Shown here piece after piece: positions 1-12,936 of a DNA stretch of 64,000 bases. The stretch is from Eledone cirrhosa (taxonomy: Eukaryota), in the NCBI GenBank assembly GCA_964016885.1, contig OZ024740.1:68014001-68078000 (forward strand). Direction: 5' to 3'. The notes beneath the pieces were generated by a model. That model was given only the letters and a program-made list of their open reading frames with translations. It searched no databases and had not been told where the DNA came from. Made by a program: the position numbers and the translations under genes. The first letter of the stretch is position 1. Each line of letters starts with the position of its first letter.

Positions 1-655
1 TGTGGGGTATAAAGCGAAGGCTTCTACTAAGGAGTGAGCGCTTAGGTGCGGAGAGGGGGAGCTCAGGGGGTATGGTGACAACAAGGGGTGGGTTTGGGTG
101 TTTGGGGGAGGGTGTGGTGAGGGGGTAGGTGGAGGTGTGGGTCGAGGGAGAGGTGGAGTGTGGTGGGCGTATGGGGATGGGCGGGTGGTGGTGGATGGGG
201 GGTGTATTTTGCGGGCTTTGGTGGAGCTGAGGAACGAGAAGAGGTTGTGGTTGAGGTTGTGGATGAAGGAGAGGATGGCTTGGGCGAGGAGGGGGTGGCA
301 GGTGGAGTAAAGGCGGTGGAGGGTGGGGGTCAGTTGGTGGTCAAGTAGGCGGAGGGTGGAACGGGAGGCGCGGATGGAGTTGCGCATCAGGAGGCGTGAG
401 GATCGGGTGAGGATACGTTGCGTGGAGGGGGAAGCGGCGGGGGAAGGGGTGGAAGTGTAGACGGAAGCCGAGGGGGATAAGGTGGAAGCGGAGGCAGTGG
501 CTGAGGAAATGGATCTTGCTGGAGTGCCGGGTTTTGGCGAAGAGAAGGTAGGAGAGTTGAAGGGCGGAGGGGAGATAGCAGGGTGGGAGGAGGGGGGTGA
601 GGAAAAGTTTGAGGCGATTGTGTAGTTGGTGGAGAAAGGATCTCAGGTTGGGCAT
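1..655 (-). pseudogene. N-terminal region of a PLE ORF, disrupted
   Basis: ORF 341-655 contains KTRHSSKIHFLSHCLRFHLIPLGFRL (PLE N-terminal H..FL..C...LIP.GF-like motif). Positions 1-90 read LVVTIP and PLSAPKRSLLSRSLRFIP, the LSKGL.F.P-like motif that precedes PLE RT. Stop at 341. Confidence 0.7.
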
Positions 656-1200
656 GATGGGCGTTGGGTGAAAGCAGGGGGAGGGATGAGAGGGCAGGGG
701 TGTGAAGCGGGATGGAGTGAACGAAAGGGTGAGTGCGAAGGATAGGCAGATACGGGGAAGGGAAAATGAAACAGAAAAACGTAGGGGGGAGTAAACACAG
801 GAAAATTAAAGACAAAAAATCATAAAGGTAAAAACACAGGCGATCGTGAACAAAAAATCATAAAGGTAAAAACACAGGCAACCGTGAACAAAAAATCATA
901 GAAATACAATTCTAAGAACACAGGCAAAGAATCTTATAAGGAAAAAAATGTACGGTAACAAAATCAAACAGAGGTAATGCGTGGAATGAAAGACCAAGTG
1001 TGGGAAGGTGTGTAAAGTTTGGAGAAAGGTCACGGCAGATTAGATCGGGGTTGAGCCGGTTGTTAAGTTATGTTCCAAGGATGGAAGCCGTGTGAGCGTG
1101 TATTATATATAATGGAAACATTTGAACAGGGACAAAACAGAGAGGCAGTACAATAAATGTTTATTAATTTCACGCTCAGTAGAGTGGGGGGTAGGTGGGG

Positions 1201-1231
1201 GACGACGTTTCGGGCATAAGCCCTTCCTCAG
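1201..1231 (-). ncRNA. Minimal hammerhead-like motif in PLE pseudo-LTR
   Basis: Minus: CTGAGGA-A-GGGC-TTAT-GCCC-GAAAC-GTC-GTC. Stem I not evident. Degenerate homolog at 6819-6850 (+). Confidence 0.55.
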
Positions 1232-2735
1232 GTGAGAAGTGTGTGGGAACAGAGTTCAAAAGGTGTGTAGGGGAGTGGTGGAGAGACATATAGCGAAAGG
1301 AAACGGTGCGAATGAAAAAATAACAAATAAAGATAAAAAATAAAAATAAAGCATGATCAAAATACAAGGGATGAGAAAATTAAAAAATAAAGGCATGATC
1401 AAAATAAACTGAAATTAAAAGGGGGATAAACAGGTGGTGTAAGGGTGTGGGGTGGAGTGGGGAGAGGGAGACGGGTGTCCGAGCGGGGAGGGCTGAAGGT
1501 GGTGTGTGTGTGTAGGTGTGCGTGTGTGTGTGTGTGTGTGTATGTGAAAGTAAGGGTTGGGGGAAGAACGGGGTTGCATGTTCAGGAAGAGGCGTGTGTG
1601 GGGGGTGTATTTGTGGGTCGGAGTGTCTGTGCGTGTGTGGATAGGGGGGTGGGGGGAGAGGAAGCAGGAGGCTGAGAGTATAAATATGTGGTGGGAAGCA
1701 CGTGTGTGTGGGGTTTAAGCGTGTTGTGGGTGTGGTTGGCGTGTGGAGGAAAACAATATTTTGGGGTGTGTGTGTGGGTGAGTTATATAGGTGATTACGT
1801 AAGAGGATGGTTGAAAAGTTGGTAAGTTCCAAGGATATTTAGAGGATTGGTTGTAAGTCAATTTCTGCGTGTGGGCAATCCATGAAGCGGTGGTCGGAAG
1901 AGGAGAGATGTGGGATGCGCGCGCAACAGGAAGTGGTCAGCAGTGGGAGTGCTGTGGTCTGTTGGTGCTGGGAGGTGGTCAGAAGGGCATAGCTGCAGTC
2001 GGTGGAATGGTAAGGGGGCGAGGATGGGTAGGTGTGAAAGTTGGAGTGAGAAGGGTGTGTGTGTGTGTGTGTGTATTAGTAGGGGTGTTAGTGGGATGAG
2101 TGAGTGTGGAGCGAGGGTGTGGGTGGAGCGGAGAGAGAAGGGTGTGTGTGGTTCTATGGAGGGAGTGTGGTGTTACTGGTGTGTGTGTAGTTTGATGAAG
2201 AGGTGTTAGTGGGTGTTAGTATACGGGAGGTGGGGAGGGGTTGAATGCAGGTGTGAGTGGGGATTACTGGTGGTAGGGTGTGTAGAGTTGGTGGGGTACG
2301 AGGGTGTGTGGGTACGTGTGCGTGGGGTTGGGGGTGTTAGTGATTTTAGTTGCGTGTGGGGTGGGTGGTGTAAGTGGGTTCGTGTGTTCGTGTGCTTGGG
2401 GTTAGGGGGTGTTAGTGAGGTTAGTTGCGGGGTGGTGGGATGGAGGTGTGGGGGTGAGAGGTGTGAGGGTGAGGGTTAGTGGTGGTAGTAGGGTGTGTGT
2501 TTAGTGTGAGCGTGTGTATATATGTGCCGGTGGGTGTGTGCGTGTGATAAGGAGGAGGGAGGAGGAGAAGAGGAGAGAGAAGGGATGTTAGTATGTTAGT
2601 TGGGGAAGGGTGGTCGGATGAGGGGTGGAGTGGAGGTGTTAGTACTGTTAGTGTGGGGTGGGCGGTGAAAAGGAGGGGTGTGTTAGTGGTGTTAGTGGGG
2701 GATAAGTGTGTGTGTGTGTGGGGGGGGGTCGAACG

Positions 2736-3050
2736 CTAAAGGAATAAGGGTGGGGTGTTCAGGCCGGGGGGAGTGTGGGTCTGTAAGATGAAGATAGTTC
2801 GTTGTTCGACCGTAAGGCGATGGGCGGGTGTTCCGTGACACTGGAGTAGGCCACAGACTGTGAGATGGCGTGCGGAGTGTCCAGGGCCACCAAAGTGGAG
2901 GGCGATGGGGGAACTGCCCCCGAGACGAATATCCCGGAGGTGCTCCGTGACTCGGTCCGCCAGGCGACGTCCCGTCTGTCCGACATAAGTCGCGCTGAAC
3001 CCCGTGCAGCGAAGTCGGTAGACTAGGTTGGAGGAGGTGCAGCGGAAGGC
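2736..3050 (-). pseudogene. GIY-YIG endonuclease C-terminal fragment of a Neptune-like PLE
   Basis: Manual translation: AFRCTSSNLVYRLRCTGFSATYVGQTGRRLADRVTEHLRDIR...VEQRTIFILQTHTPPGLN...*. VY/YVG, R, E and N residues present. 5' end cut at (TA)n. Confidence 0.9.
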
Positions 3051-4082
3051 ATATATATATATATATATATATATGGAGTTAGTTAACAGAACAAAAAGTA
3101 TATACCGACTAGCATATATCTGATATATATATACACTTCATTACATTGTTACTCAGTTTATATCAATATTCAATGATAAATTTTATATTTCTTTTATAAT
3201 AATACAATAATATTAATTATATTAACTGTTTATCATGAACACTAACATTCTAACCAGTTTTTTACTTTTCTCTAATCATGTATTTATTGTAACTATTCTG
3301 TTACTTTGGTGAAATGAAAGCTACAAAAAATATATAACCCTCCGAAAATGTACTTCTATTTGAGGGAAATGTAGAATAGATTGTTCGAAATGTATAAATA
3401 TTCAAGATTTACCGCCGTTAAATAATAAACCTCCCAAAAAAGAAGAAAACAAAAACACGCTCTTCCATTCATATCAACATATAATCCCAGAAATATTGAT
3501 ATTTATATTCTTATTCATAGAAATTTACCCATTCAGTATAATGATGATAAAATAAAGAAAGAAAAGCAAATCGGGGAATTTACATAGTATAAAGAACAAA
3601 GGACAACGAAGAAATTTGAATGATTATGCACAAGTGCAAAAATTCAGAAACAGATTCCCAATCCGCGTGTGACAATGTGGGAAGACGTAATCACAGAATT
3701 TAAGAATATATATTGCTGTCTCAGGATTCAGATTCAGAGATGAACAATTTGTTTAAACTTAAAAATAGTTTCACACGTTTATCGGGCGATCGACTATATT
3801 ATAATATGTTACGGATGTCGAGCAAAATCATATCGAAATAATTCCAATGAGTGGGATATATCGAAAAAATACCCCAGGAGAAATGCTACGAGTTTCAGAA
3901 TGTTTCCAATTTATCAATTTACAGATGACTGTTTGTGTAAGCCTTTCTATTTCCCCCTACACATATTTATTCTTCTTCTCTCTCTCTCTCTCACACACAC
4001 GCACACACACACAAACAGTCACTTACCCTCACATAGACTCTGTCTTTCTCTCTCGCACTCTCTCTCCATATATATATATATG

Positions 4083-4117
<35 letters not shown>

Positions 4118-4201
4118 AAAGGTTAAACAGAAATAACAACACAATCGGTACAGTATAGGGAAGGAGTATATTAGGTTATCGCTTGATATAGCAGGAAGAG
4201 G

Positions 4202-4237
4202 GTCTTAACGTTTTCGACGCTAGTCTTTCATCAGACG
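4202..4237 (-). ncRNA. Minimal hammerhead motif in a short PLE pseudo-LTR remnant (about 4118-4290)
   Basis: Minus: CTGATGA-AA-GAC-TAGC-GTC-GAAA-ACGTTA. Palindromic stem III (AACGTT). Stem I weak. Confidence 0.6.
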
Positions 4238-4639
4238 AAAGAGTGAGAAATAAGATAGATTGAGGGGACAGGCAGGTTGCAAAAAAATGTCTTTAGATAA
4301 AAATAATACGTCCATTCATGTTGACATCTTTTGCAAAATTGTTGGTGCTGGCGTTTTGAGTTTGATTTATTTTTTTTAGAAAAGTGGATGATGAACCTGA
4401 AATGAAAAAAAAAAGTTTGTAAAAAGAGCTATACTTGTGCACGTGCATATGCATGTATGGATATGTGTGTGTGTATGTGTGGTGTGTCTGTGTGTGCGTC
4501 TGTGTGTGTGTGTGTGTGTCTGTGTGTGTGTTATTATACGTCCGTACGAAGCTAAGAAGAAATGTATATGTAAGTAAAAGAGTGTGTGTGCATGTAAGTG
4601 TGCAAAAGTATGTTAATATGGGTGATATATATATATAAA

Positions 4640-5053
4640 TATAAATAATTCGAAGTTTGAAAGCCAAGACAATGCGGGTTTGGACGATAACATAATTAAA
4701 TTGTGAGAAACAGGGGTTGCTTTTTACCATACTTTATTCATATGTCCCGATATTTCGAGATTAATATCTCTTCTTCCAAGGAAAATAAAGGAACTATTCT
4801 AGCGTGCGATGTGGCTTACTATACCATGCTGGCCGTATAGCAAGCCACATCGGACACTGAAATAGTTCCTTTATTTTCCCCGGAGGAAGATATATTAATC
4901 TCAAAAATCAGGATATATGAATAAATTAAGGTAAGGAAAAAAACCGTTTCTTACGATTTAATTATTTTATCATCCAAACCCGCATTGTCGTAGCTTTCAA
5001 ACTTCGAATTATTTATACCATATACAATGCGTCAAGTAAACTACAGATTATTT
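4640..5053. mobile_element. Non-coding PLE fold-back remnant between TA tracts
   Basis: Diverged inverted arms about 4640-4823 and 4834-5017, plus a one-sided tail 5018-5053. Both arms carry a degenerate hammerhead (GAAGA-AGAGAT-atta-ATCTC-GAAATATC). Confidence 0.7.
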
Positions 5054-5064
5054 TATATATATAT

Positions 5065-5355
5065 CTAGTGTACGGAATTCGCTGCACTGAGTGCAGCGCG
5101 ACTTACATCGGACAGACTGGATGTCGCCTGGCAGACAGATTTACTGAGCACCTCCGGGATATTCGTCTCGGTGGTAGTTCCGCAATCGCCCGCCACTTTG
5201 GTGCCCCTGGACATTCCGCACACCACCTCACAGCCTGTGGCCTACTCCAATGCCACGGAACACCCGCCAATCTCCTAAGGGTCGAACAACGAACCATCTT
5301 CACCTTACAGACCCACACTCCCCCCAGCCTGAACTCCCCACCCATATTCCTTTAG
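5065..5355 (+). pseudogene. GIY-YIG endonuclease fragment
   Basis: LVYGIRCTECSATYIGQTGCRLADRFTEHLRDI...VEQRTIFTLQTHTPPSLN. No upstream RT. Confidence 0.9.
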
Positions 5356-6933
5356 CCTTCGACCCCCCCCTATCCCCCACCAACACCACTAACACACCTC
5401 TCCTTTTCACCGCCCACCACACAACTAACAATACCAACATCTCCACCCCACATCCGACCAGCATTCCCCAACTAACATACTAACATACTAACATCCCTCC
5501 CTTCTTCTCCTCCCCCCTCCTTATCACACGCACACACCCACCGGTACATATATACACGCGCTCACACTAAACACACACCCTACTACCACCACTAACCCTC
5601 ACCCTCACACATCCACACCACCACCCCGCAACTAACATCACTCACACCCCCTGACCCCTAACACACGAACACACACACCCACTTACACCACCCACTCTAC
5701 ACGCCACTAACATCACTAACACCCCCTAACCCTACGCACACGAACACACCCACCCCCTTACACCACCCACTCTACACACCCTACCACCACTGACCCCCAC
5801 TCACACCCGCATTCAACCCTTTCTCCACCTCCAGTATACTAACTCCCACTAACACCCCCTTCACCACACACACACACCAGTACACTACAATCCCTCCATC
5901 GGCCCCCACACCCTTCTCTCCCCGCTCCACCCACACCCTTTCTCAAACACTCACACATCCCACTAACACCTCTACTAATACACCCCCCCATCCTCACTCC
6001 AACTTTCACATCTACCCATCCTCTCCCCTGTCCATCGCACCTCCGCACACACTGACACACCGACTTTCTTCACTTACCATTCTACCTTACTGCTGCTATG
6101 CCTCTCTGAACACCTCCCCGCACACACAGACACACAACCCTCCTCCTGCCTTGACCCTCTGACCACTTCCTGTTGCGCGCGCACCCCACATCTCCCCTCT
6201 TCCGACCAATTTCTTCACGGATTACACATATGTGAACCTTGATCCCGAGAATCTACCGCATCCCAAGGATTTTACTCAGCATTCCACCACATCTTTTTAC
6301 GGAATTACCTTTACGACTAACCCCAGACACACCCACAATGTTTCCCCCACCCGCCACCTACATCCACAACACGCATAAACACCACACACACACGTGCGTA
6401 CCACCACATATTTACACATTCAGCCTCCAGAATCCTCTCCCCCAACCCATCCATCCACACACGCACACACACTCCGACCTACACCCCACCCCACACACAC
6501 CTCTTCCTGAACATGCAACCCCGTTCTTCCCCCAACCCTTGCTTTCAAATACACACACACACACACGTACACCTACACACACACACTACCTTCAGCCCTC
6601 CCCGCTCGGACACCCCGTCTCCCTCTCCCCACTCCACCCGACACCACCCCTACATGCTCCACACCCTTCCACCACCTGTTTTACCCCATTTTAATTTTAT
6701 TTTGATCATGCCTTATTTTTAATTTCATTTGCACTGTTTCCTCTCACCCCTTTTTTCTATATGTCGCTCCACCACTCCCCTACATACCCTTTGAACTCTC
6801 TTCCCACACACTTTTCACCTGAAGAAGGGCTTATGCCTGACATTTCGTTCCCCACCACCACCCCACTCTCAAGAGCGTGAAATTAATAAATCTTTGTTCG
6901 TACTGCCTCTCTGTTTTGTTCCCGTTCAATTTT

Positions 6934-6937
<4 letters not shown>
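5065..6937 (+). mobile_element. 5'-truncated Neptune-like PLE (GIY-YIG fragment, 3' UTR, pseudo-LTR)
   Basis: Diverged reverse complement of about 1120-3025. Flanked by TA tracts on both sides. Confidence 0.88.
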
Positions 6938-6973
<36 letters not shown>

Positions 6974-7454
6974 AATGGTTTCCTACCCTGAGCATGAGCA
7001 TGTGCATGTGTGTTTGTTATTTGTATATGTATATATATATATATATAAAACAAACATCATGCACACGCTAACGCTCTAGATACGAAGCCATTGTTTATCT
7101 TTTTAAACTAGGCCTGTTCGATCAACAGCTTTTAAAAGAAGATCAACTCATACAACAACGCCAGCATCACAGTTTTCCAGAGATGGAGACATGATTAGAT
7201 TTGATTTTTTACAAAGATACTTTTGTAAATTTCTGCCACTGCTGAATCTCTTCTATCCTTCTATTTCTTTTTTAATATCTCATTCTAATTTCTGATAAAA
7301 AAATAGCGTCATAAAAGTTAAGAAGCTTTCCTTAATATATCGAGCGTAAAACTAATAATATATTTCTCCAATCTCTTCATTGAATTGTGTCATTTGCTTT
7401 GATAATTGTGTTTGCCTTTTGTTTATATATATATATATTGAGGGTTCTCTTGAT

Positions 7455-7950
7455 CAATCTTCTGTGCCCACGTATCAAGTGTTAATATCTCCCTCCGCCT
7501 CCTGAGATTTATTCACTTGTAATATTCGGATCAAGAAACAGTCCACTAAACTGAGGGGTCGCTTGATAAGCCTTATAGCCTCACAGCGATGGTGCACTTT
7601 TATAGTGCAGAATTTGCTGCAAGACAATTTGGCGAAACTACAGTCGAGACTTTGAAGAAAAAAGTACTTATATTTGTATCTATTATTTCCTCGTATTTAT
7701 AATTTGATAAATATCTCTAATGATTGATTATTTCAATACTTTATCTTCTGTTACCTTCTGTTACAGATGTATCACGTATCAATTTCTCCCTCCACCTCCC
7801 GAGAATTTTTCATTTTTAACGGCTAGAGACAGTTCACTAAACTGAGGGGTATTTTGATACATCATATAACCTCAAAGAGATGATACACTGTTATAGTACA
7901 GGAAAGCTGCAAGGCAATTTGGCGAAACTGCAGCCGGAATTTTGAAGAGA
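7455..7950. repeat. Diverged direct duplication, about 300 bp period
   Basis: cacgtatcaa...cactaaactgagggg...caatttggcgaaact...ttgaaga occurs at about 7470-7660 and 7773-7950. Confidence 0.75.
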
Positions 7951-8282
7951 TAATATGTATTTATACATATATACACAGACACAGACACACACACACACAA
8001 ACATATTCATCCCGCTTTCATATATATGTATATGCTTTTAAATGAAATAAGCTTTTATCGTAAATAAAATACGTGACATTTTTCCTGGATTCATTTATCT
8101 AATGTTTTGATATTAGTAAAGAAGTATTAACTATGAGAAAATAATATACTACTATAGATATGTGTGTTTGTGTATTTGAGTGTGTGTGTGTATGTGTGTA
8201 TAGATTTTTAAAGAATACTGGCGAAGTTAATAGACTCACAGTAGGATTAGACGAAATACTGTAAAATGACTTCCTAAATAAT

Positions 8283-8468
8283 TGTTTCTACTTTTGGCAC
8301 AATGCCAGCAATTATTCCAGTGTATTACTGGTACTTTATCTTATCGACCCCGTAAGGATGAAAGGCAAAGTTAACATCGGCGGGATTTGAACTCAGTCCG
8401 TAAAGGGACGTAACTGTGCTGCAAAGCATGACGTCCGACCCTCTACCGATACTGGCAATCCACCGACC
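8283..8468 (-). mobile_element. tRNA-derived SINE of the octopus type
   Basis: Minus strand has a B-box-like GAGTTCAAATCCC and the body ctttgcctttcatcc...ggggtcgataa...aaagtaccag. Apparent target duplication gacttcctaaataat on both sides. Same family at 28835-29045 and 35195-35365. Confidence 0.8.
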
Positions 8469-9349
8469 TTAGACTTCCTAAATAATGGCCGGTACTTTAA
8501 CGCTTCAAATACACTCCTCAGTCTCAACATCCCCACCTCATATAATATAGTATCATGTCCCGTACCAGTTCATTATTTTCATCAAATTCCTTTATCACAC
8601 ATTGATTAATTATATTAAGAGGTAATTTGTACATTATATAGCTATCATTGCATTTCTCACCATTCTCATTTATATCTATATCTATAATATAACCATCCCC
8701 CTATGAAAAATGTCTCCTCTTTATAGCCGATAGAACTCATCCCCTAAAGTCTATTTTAATAAAATTACTTTGTTATCAGTAGCCAAGTCTCTCTGCCCGT
8801 TTGTATGAATGTAAAAAGCTGTCGAGTAGCATAAAAAAGATAACATTTATCATTATACATCGAAAACATAGTGGGTAAGTACGTCTTTGAGATCGTATGA
8901 GACAGGAAGATAAAGAGACTGAGGATATGTGTGTGTGAGTGTGCGTGTGCGTGAGAGAGAGAGAGAAAGAGAGAGAGAAAAAAGGAAAGAGAGAGAGAGA
9001 GATTATGAAGAGCGAGTGAGAGAGAGAGAGAGAGAGATAAACAGTAAAAGAGAGAGCGAATGGCTCTTTTGATGTTTATATGTGTGTGAGCCAATAAATG
9101 TCAGTGGATTTATGAGAGCGAACGCGATTCTCTCTGCTGAGCGGAGGAGTGCAATCGCATACACGGGATAGTGCATTTGGGAGTTGGTAATAGAAGTGTA
9201 TATATATATATATATATGAGTGTGTGTGCGTGTCCGTGTGTGTGGTGCATGCGTGTGTGTGTTGTATGCGTTTGTTTATGTGTGTATGTCTGTGTGTGTG
9301 TAGTTATCTTATATCCACCCCCACCCTCCACACACACTCACACATACAC

Positions 9350-9423
<74 letters not shown>

Positions 9424-10179
9424 TAAATATGTGTTTGGGGTATATTTGTGTGTTGAAATCTAGTGAACGAGTTATTGGTCCGTTAGAAACATGTGTCTGA
9501 ATAGTTTAGCAGTGCACTTCTCAATTATCATATTCCGGTTTCGAACCCAGAAGATGACATCTGGGGGAAGTTTTATTTACCAGAATCTTACATTGACCCA
9601 TGGCTCATGGACATTTTATCGACTGAAACTGTTTGAAATCTCGCCGGTGTGCAGCTGAACGTTTCTGAATGCTCAGCCATTTCCACGGTAATTTTATGTT
9701 TAGGTCATTCTGTTGGTTAAACAACTGAAACAGTCATCATAGACAACGACAGGAAAAACTCGTATGAAAAGAGGCTATTTTTCACCTATTGTAGCTCGAA
9801 ATATTAATATGAAAAAAAAAAATAGTTCACTAAAATAAATGATATTTAGAGAAGATTTATTGGAAACTTCAAATTGGATTCAATGTTTTCTGAAAGATTA
9901 TTTTTTATGGCAAAACAAAGAATTTTGAAATTGGGTTAATTACTTGAAACTGCACAGAATTCCTCGCGTCGAGGGGAAATAGTAGTGACTAATATGGCAT
10001 AGAATGATAATTAAAAAAATGGTAGCAGTCTTATTATCTGGGACACATTACACTATTGAATGTGTCAAAGACAAATGACAAATGGATTGTTTTACATGTG
10101 AAAGAAGAAATCTTTTAAATTATACGGACACATTTACACATTCCTTTGCTAAGAGAAATAATCTGGGGGAAAATGTGTT

Positions 10180-10360
10180 AAATATCTAGGCCATGTACAC
10201 AGTATTCTTCTCTTGTCAATATCTCAATATCTCAGTCGTGAATTATATTGCACTGTTGATAAAATACTGTTGACAATACCTGGACTATGAACGTAGTACT
10301 GCACCGTTGACAATATCTAGGTCATAGACACAGTACAGCGCTGTTGACAATATCTGCACC
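10180..10360. repeat. Short minisatellite, about 36 bp unit
   Basis: Recurring ctgttgacaatatctagg(t/c)cat..acacagta, 3-4 degenerate copies. Confidence 0.6.
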
Positions 10361-10951
10361 ATTAATTTCCTTTCAATCTCATTTTCCCTTGATTCTTCCT
10401 TATTTAAATTGTGATTTAGTTATATTTCAACCGAGCACTATATAGTCATGAGAAAGCTTTTCAAATCACAATAATTGTATAGACTCAACTGGGCTTAAAC
10501 CTGAAAAAGCAGTTCTTGTGAACTGTTAATTGGTGTTCCCCTTTATAGTTGGAAACATTGGTATTTCACTTGATATTACATATACACAATCAACACTATT
10601 ATTTCACAATTTGGATTCATTCTCAGTTACGCTTTTGAAAAAAGAATTCTCTCTTCAGATTTGTAATCCCTTCTCTTGGGATACAAGACAAGGCGTTCCT
10701 ATTTGAAAATCAGTAGTTCGAAGGATGGGGTAGTGCCCATAGCGTTCACAGACTCTCTGAGATCAGAGACATTTATATTAATGTTCTACCTATATATAAA
10801 GACACAAACATCAAATAAATGAGAAGCATTCAGACGTAAATATATAACTCATAACATTTATTTTCGTGTTGACAATCTGGAGCTGTTCGCCGCTCGTTTT
10901 TACATAAATTTAATGAGAGATTAAAGTAAACAAAATAACTCTGGATTATAC

Positions 10952-11048
10952 CTTCGTCCGTCTCGTCAGTGCGTTTTCCATTAGTTCACTCAACGTGATA
11001 GCCTGTTCATAAGCTCCAGGTGGAAGTGACAGGGAGTTCCATAGGCAC
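10952..11048 (-). CDS. Candidate internal host exon of unknown protein (CLWNSLSLPPGAYEQAITLSELMENALTRRTK)
   Basis: Minus: acceptor gttttagcatacag, donor AAG/gtataa, 97 nt with one open frame, GC-richer than its non-repetitive flanks. No recognised homology. Confidence 0.35.
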
Positions 11049-12032
11049 CTGTATGCTAAAACAAATTCTCACACAGATTCAGCATAACATTGTGAGTGGT
11101 AAGGCTCGTTGAATAAATGTAAAATCATCCAGATTTTTAAACGGTTTCTGCTTACTCAATTTCACTCACAAGGCATGGGTTGACTAGAAGCTCTGGTAAA
11201 TGATACTTGTTCAAGATACAACACAGTAACATGAGACTCGAAAATGTATGATTGTGAAGCAAAGATTCTAAACATTATGCTGTGTCCATAACTAAATGTA
11301 AATTAAATAGACTGACAGCCACATTTATAAATGAATTGCTACTTCCTATTGCAACTATGAAAATCAACGCGATCGTGGCGTGTGAACACTAAATATATTA
11401 ATTATATGAAAAGGAAATAAGAATTTGTAAACAAAGAATATGATAATAGTAAAGGCCTGCAGACCTATTAACAAGTCTCGATTCGAGTAGTTATTAATTA
11501 ATTTACATTACTGTAATTTATTATACAACAAAGTGGGAAATGTAATCGTACTTTAAGAGAAATAGAAAGTCGTAAGAAATTATCTAATCAGCAGAGGCGT
11601 AATGAACTAAATAATTAAGTACTTGATAGATTTAGGTATAAGCGTCTAACAAATATTGAGGGTTATCGAGTGGAGTTTAAAAGAAAGCATCGTTCGTTAA
11701 CTCATTAAAATAGGTCCTAAACACATAGAGGCGGTTCTAACATCTTACATCTTTCGTTTAACATGTTTCATATCAAATATGAGAAAGATACGGATGCCCG
11801 CATACAGCAATATCTGTATATGTAGGATAATATAAATCTACACACTAATAATTGCAGGGCGTACTTGCTTGTCTACCACACATGCCTGTCTCTAATGTTC
11901 TAATTATTATTTATGGAGAAAATGTTGGAATGTCTAAAAAGTTCACTTCCAACGGTGATGCTTATCTCTCTCCTATCAGTGTTCTATCTAACAACCTTAG
12001 TCTCTCTCGTCCTCTCTCTTTCTACCCCCCCC

Positions 12033-12163
<131 letters not shown>

Positions 12164-12597
12164 AATAATAAATGTGAAGAATAGAAAGCTAGATATATTA
12201 ACTCATCTATGCGCTACAATTTATATATATGTTATGTTTATCGCATATCGAAGTTTTCTGACTATTTTCGATTGCAAAGAGCTAAACTAATCCTTACAAA
12301 TAAATGGTCCACCTTTGACCATACCGAGAACAACTTTTCTCAGTATAGTGAACTAACTGTTGTGTTACTACTCCTACCAAACTCCTCCCATATATTGAGT
12401 GCTCTACTACTACAGATATTACCTTCCAGTGTTCTAGCTATATATTCACTACAAATATATATATTTGTAGTGAATAAGTTTAAAGTCACTACAAGTCACT
12501 TTACAAGTCACATGTTAATGCAAAATTGTGTTTGAAAATTGCAATGGCTGATCTTCTGGTTATTTAGAATTTTTCTATTCTATATTAATATGCCAAG

Positions 12598-12711
12598 TAA
12601 TTCAAGTTAGCTCAACACTTCATATAAGGATTAGTTATTTCATTGTATCTGTACTATATATATATTTATATAACAACACATATATAAACAAACACATGCA
12701 CACACAAACAC

Positions 12712-12807
<96 letters not shown>

Positions 12808-12936
12808 GTGTTTGTATGTGCGTGTGTTTGTGTGTGCGTGTGTTTGTTTATATGTGTATGGTTATATAAAAATATATATCGTACAGATACAATGAAATAA
12901 CTAATCCTTATATGAAGTGTTGAGCTAACTTGAATT
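12598..12936. repeat. Inverted duplication centred on (TA)n
   Basis: taattcaagttagctcaacacttcatataagg...cacgcgca is mirrored across the TA tract at 12719-12800. Confidence 0.9.

Larger units (their letters stand above)
1..3050 (-). mobile_element. Neptune-like Penelope-like element in partial-tandem layout (EN + 3' UTR/pseudo-LTR, then start of the next ORF, which runs off the left edge)
   Basis: Minus strand from (TA)n at 3051: GIY-YIG fragment, long CA-rich UTR homologous to 5356-6935, hammerhead-like core near 1201-1231, then a PLE N-terminal coding region at 655-1. Confidence 0.85.

Noticed and set aside
10180-10360. Regularly spaced ctgttgacaata motif as a CRISPR-like array
   Set aside because: The intervening sequences are similar to each other, there are few units, the context is eukaryotic, and no cas genes are present. 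It is a minisatellite.
10950-10972. CTGACGA-GAC-GGAC-GAA on the minus strand as a hammerhead
   Set aside because: No proper stem II, GAAA or stems I/III. Probably chance, inside a candidate exon.
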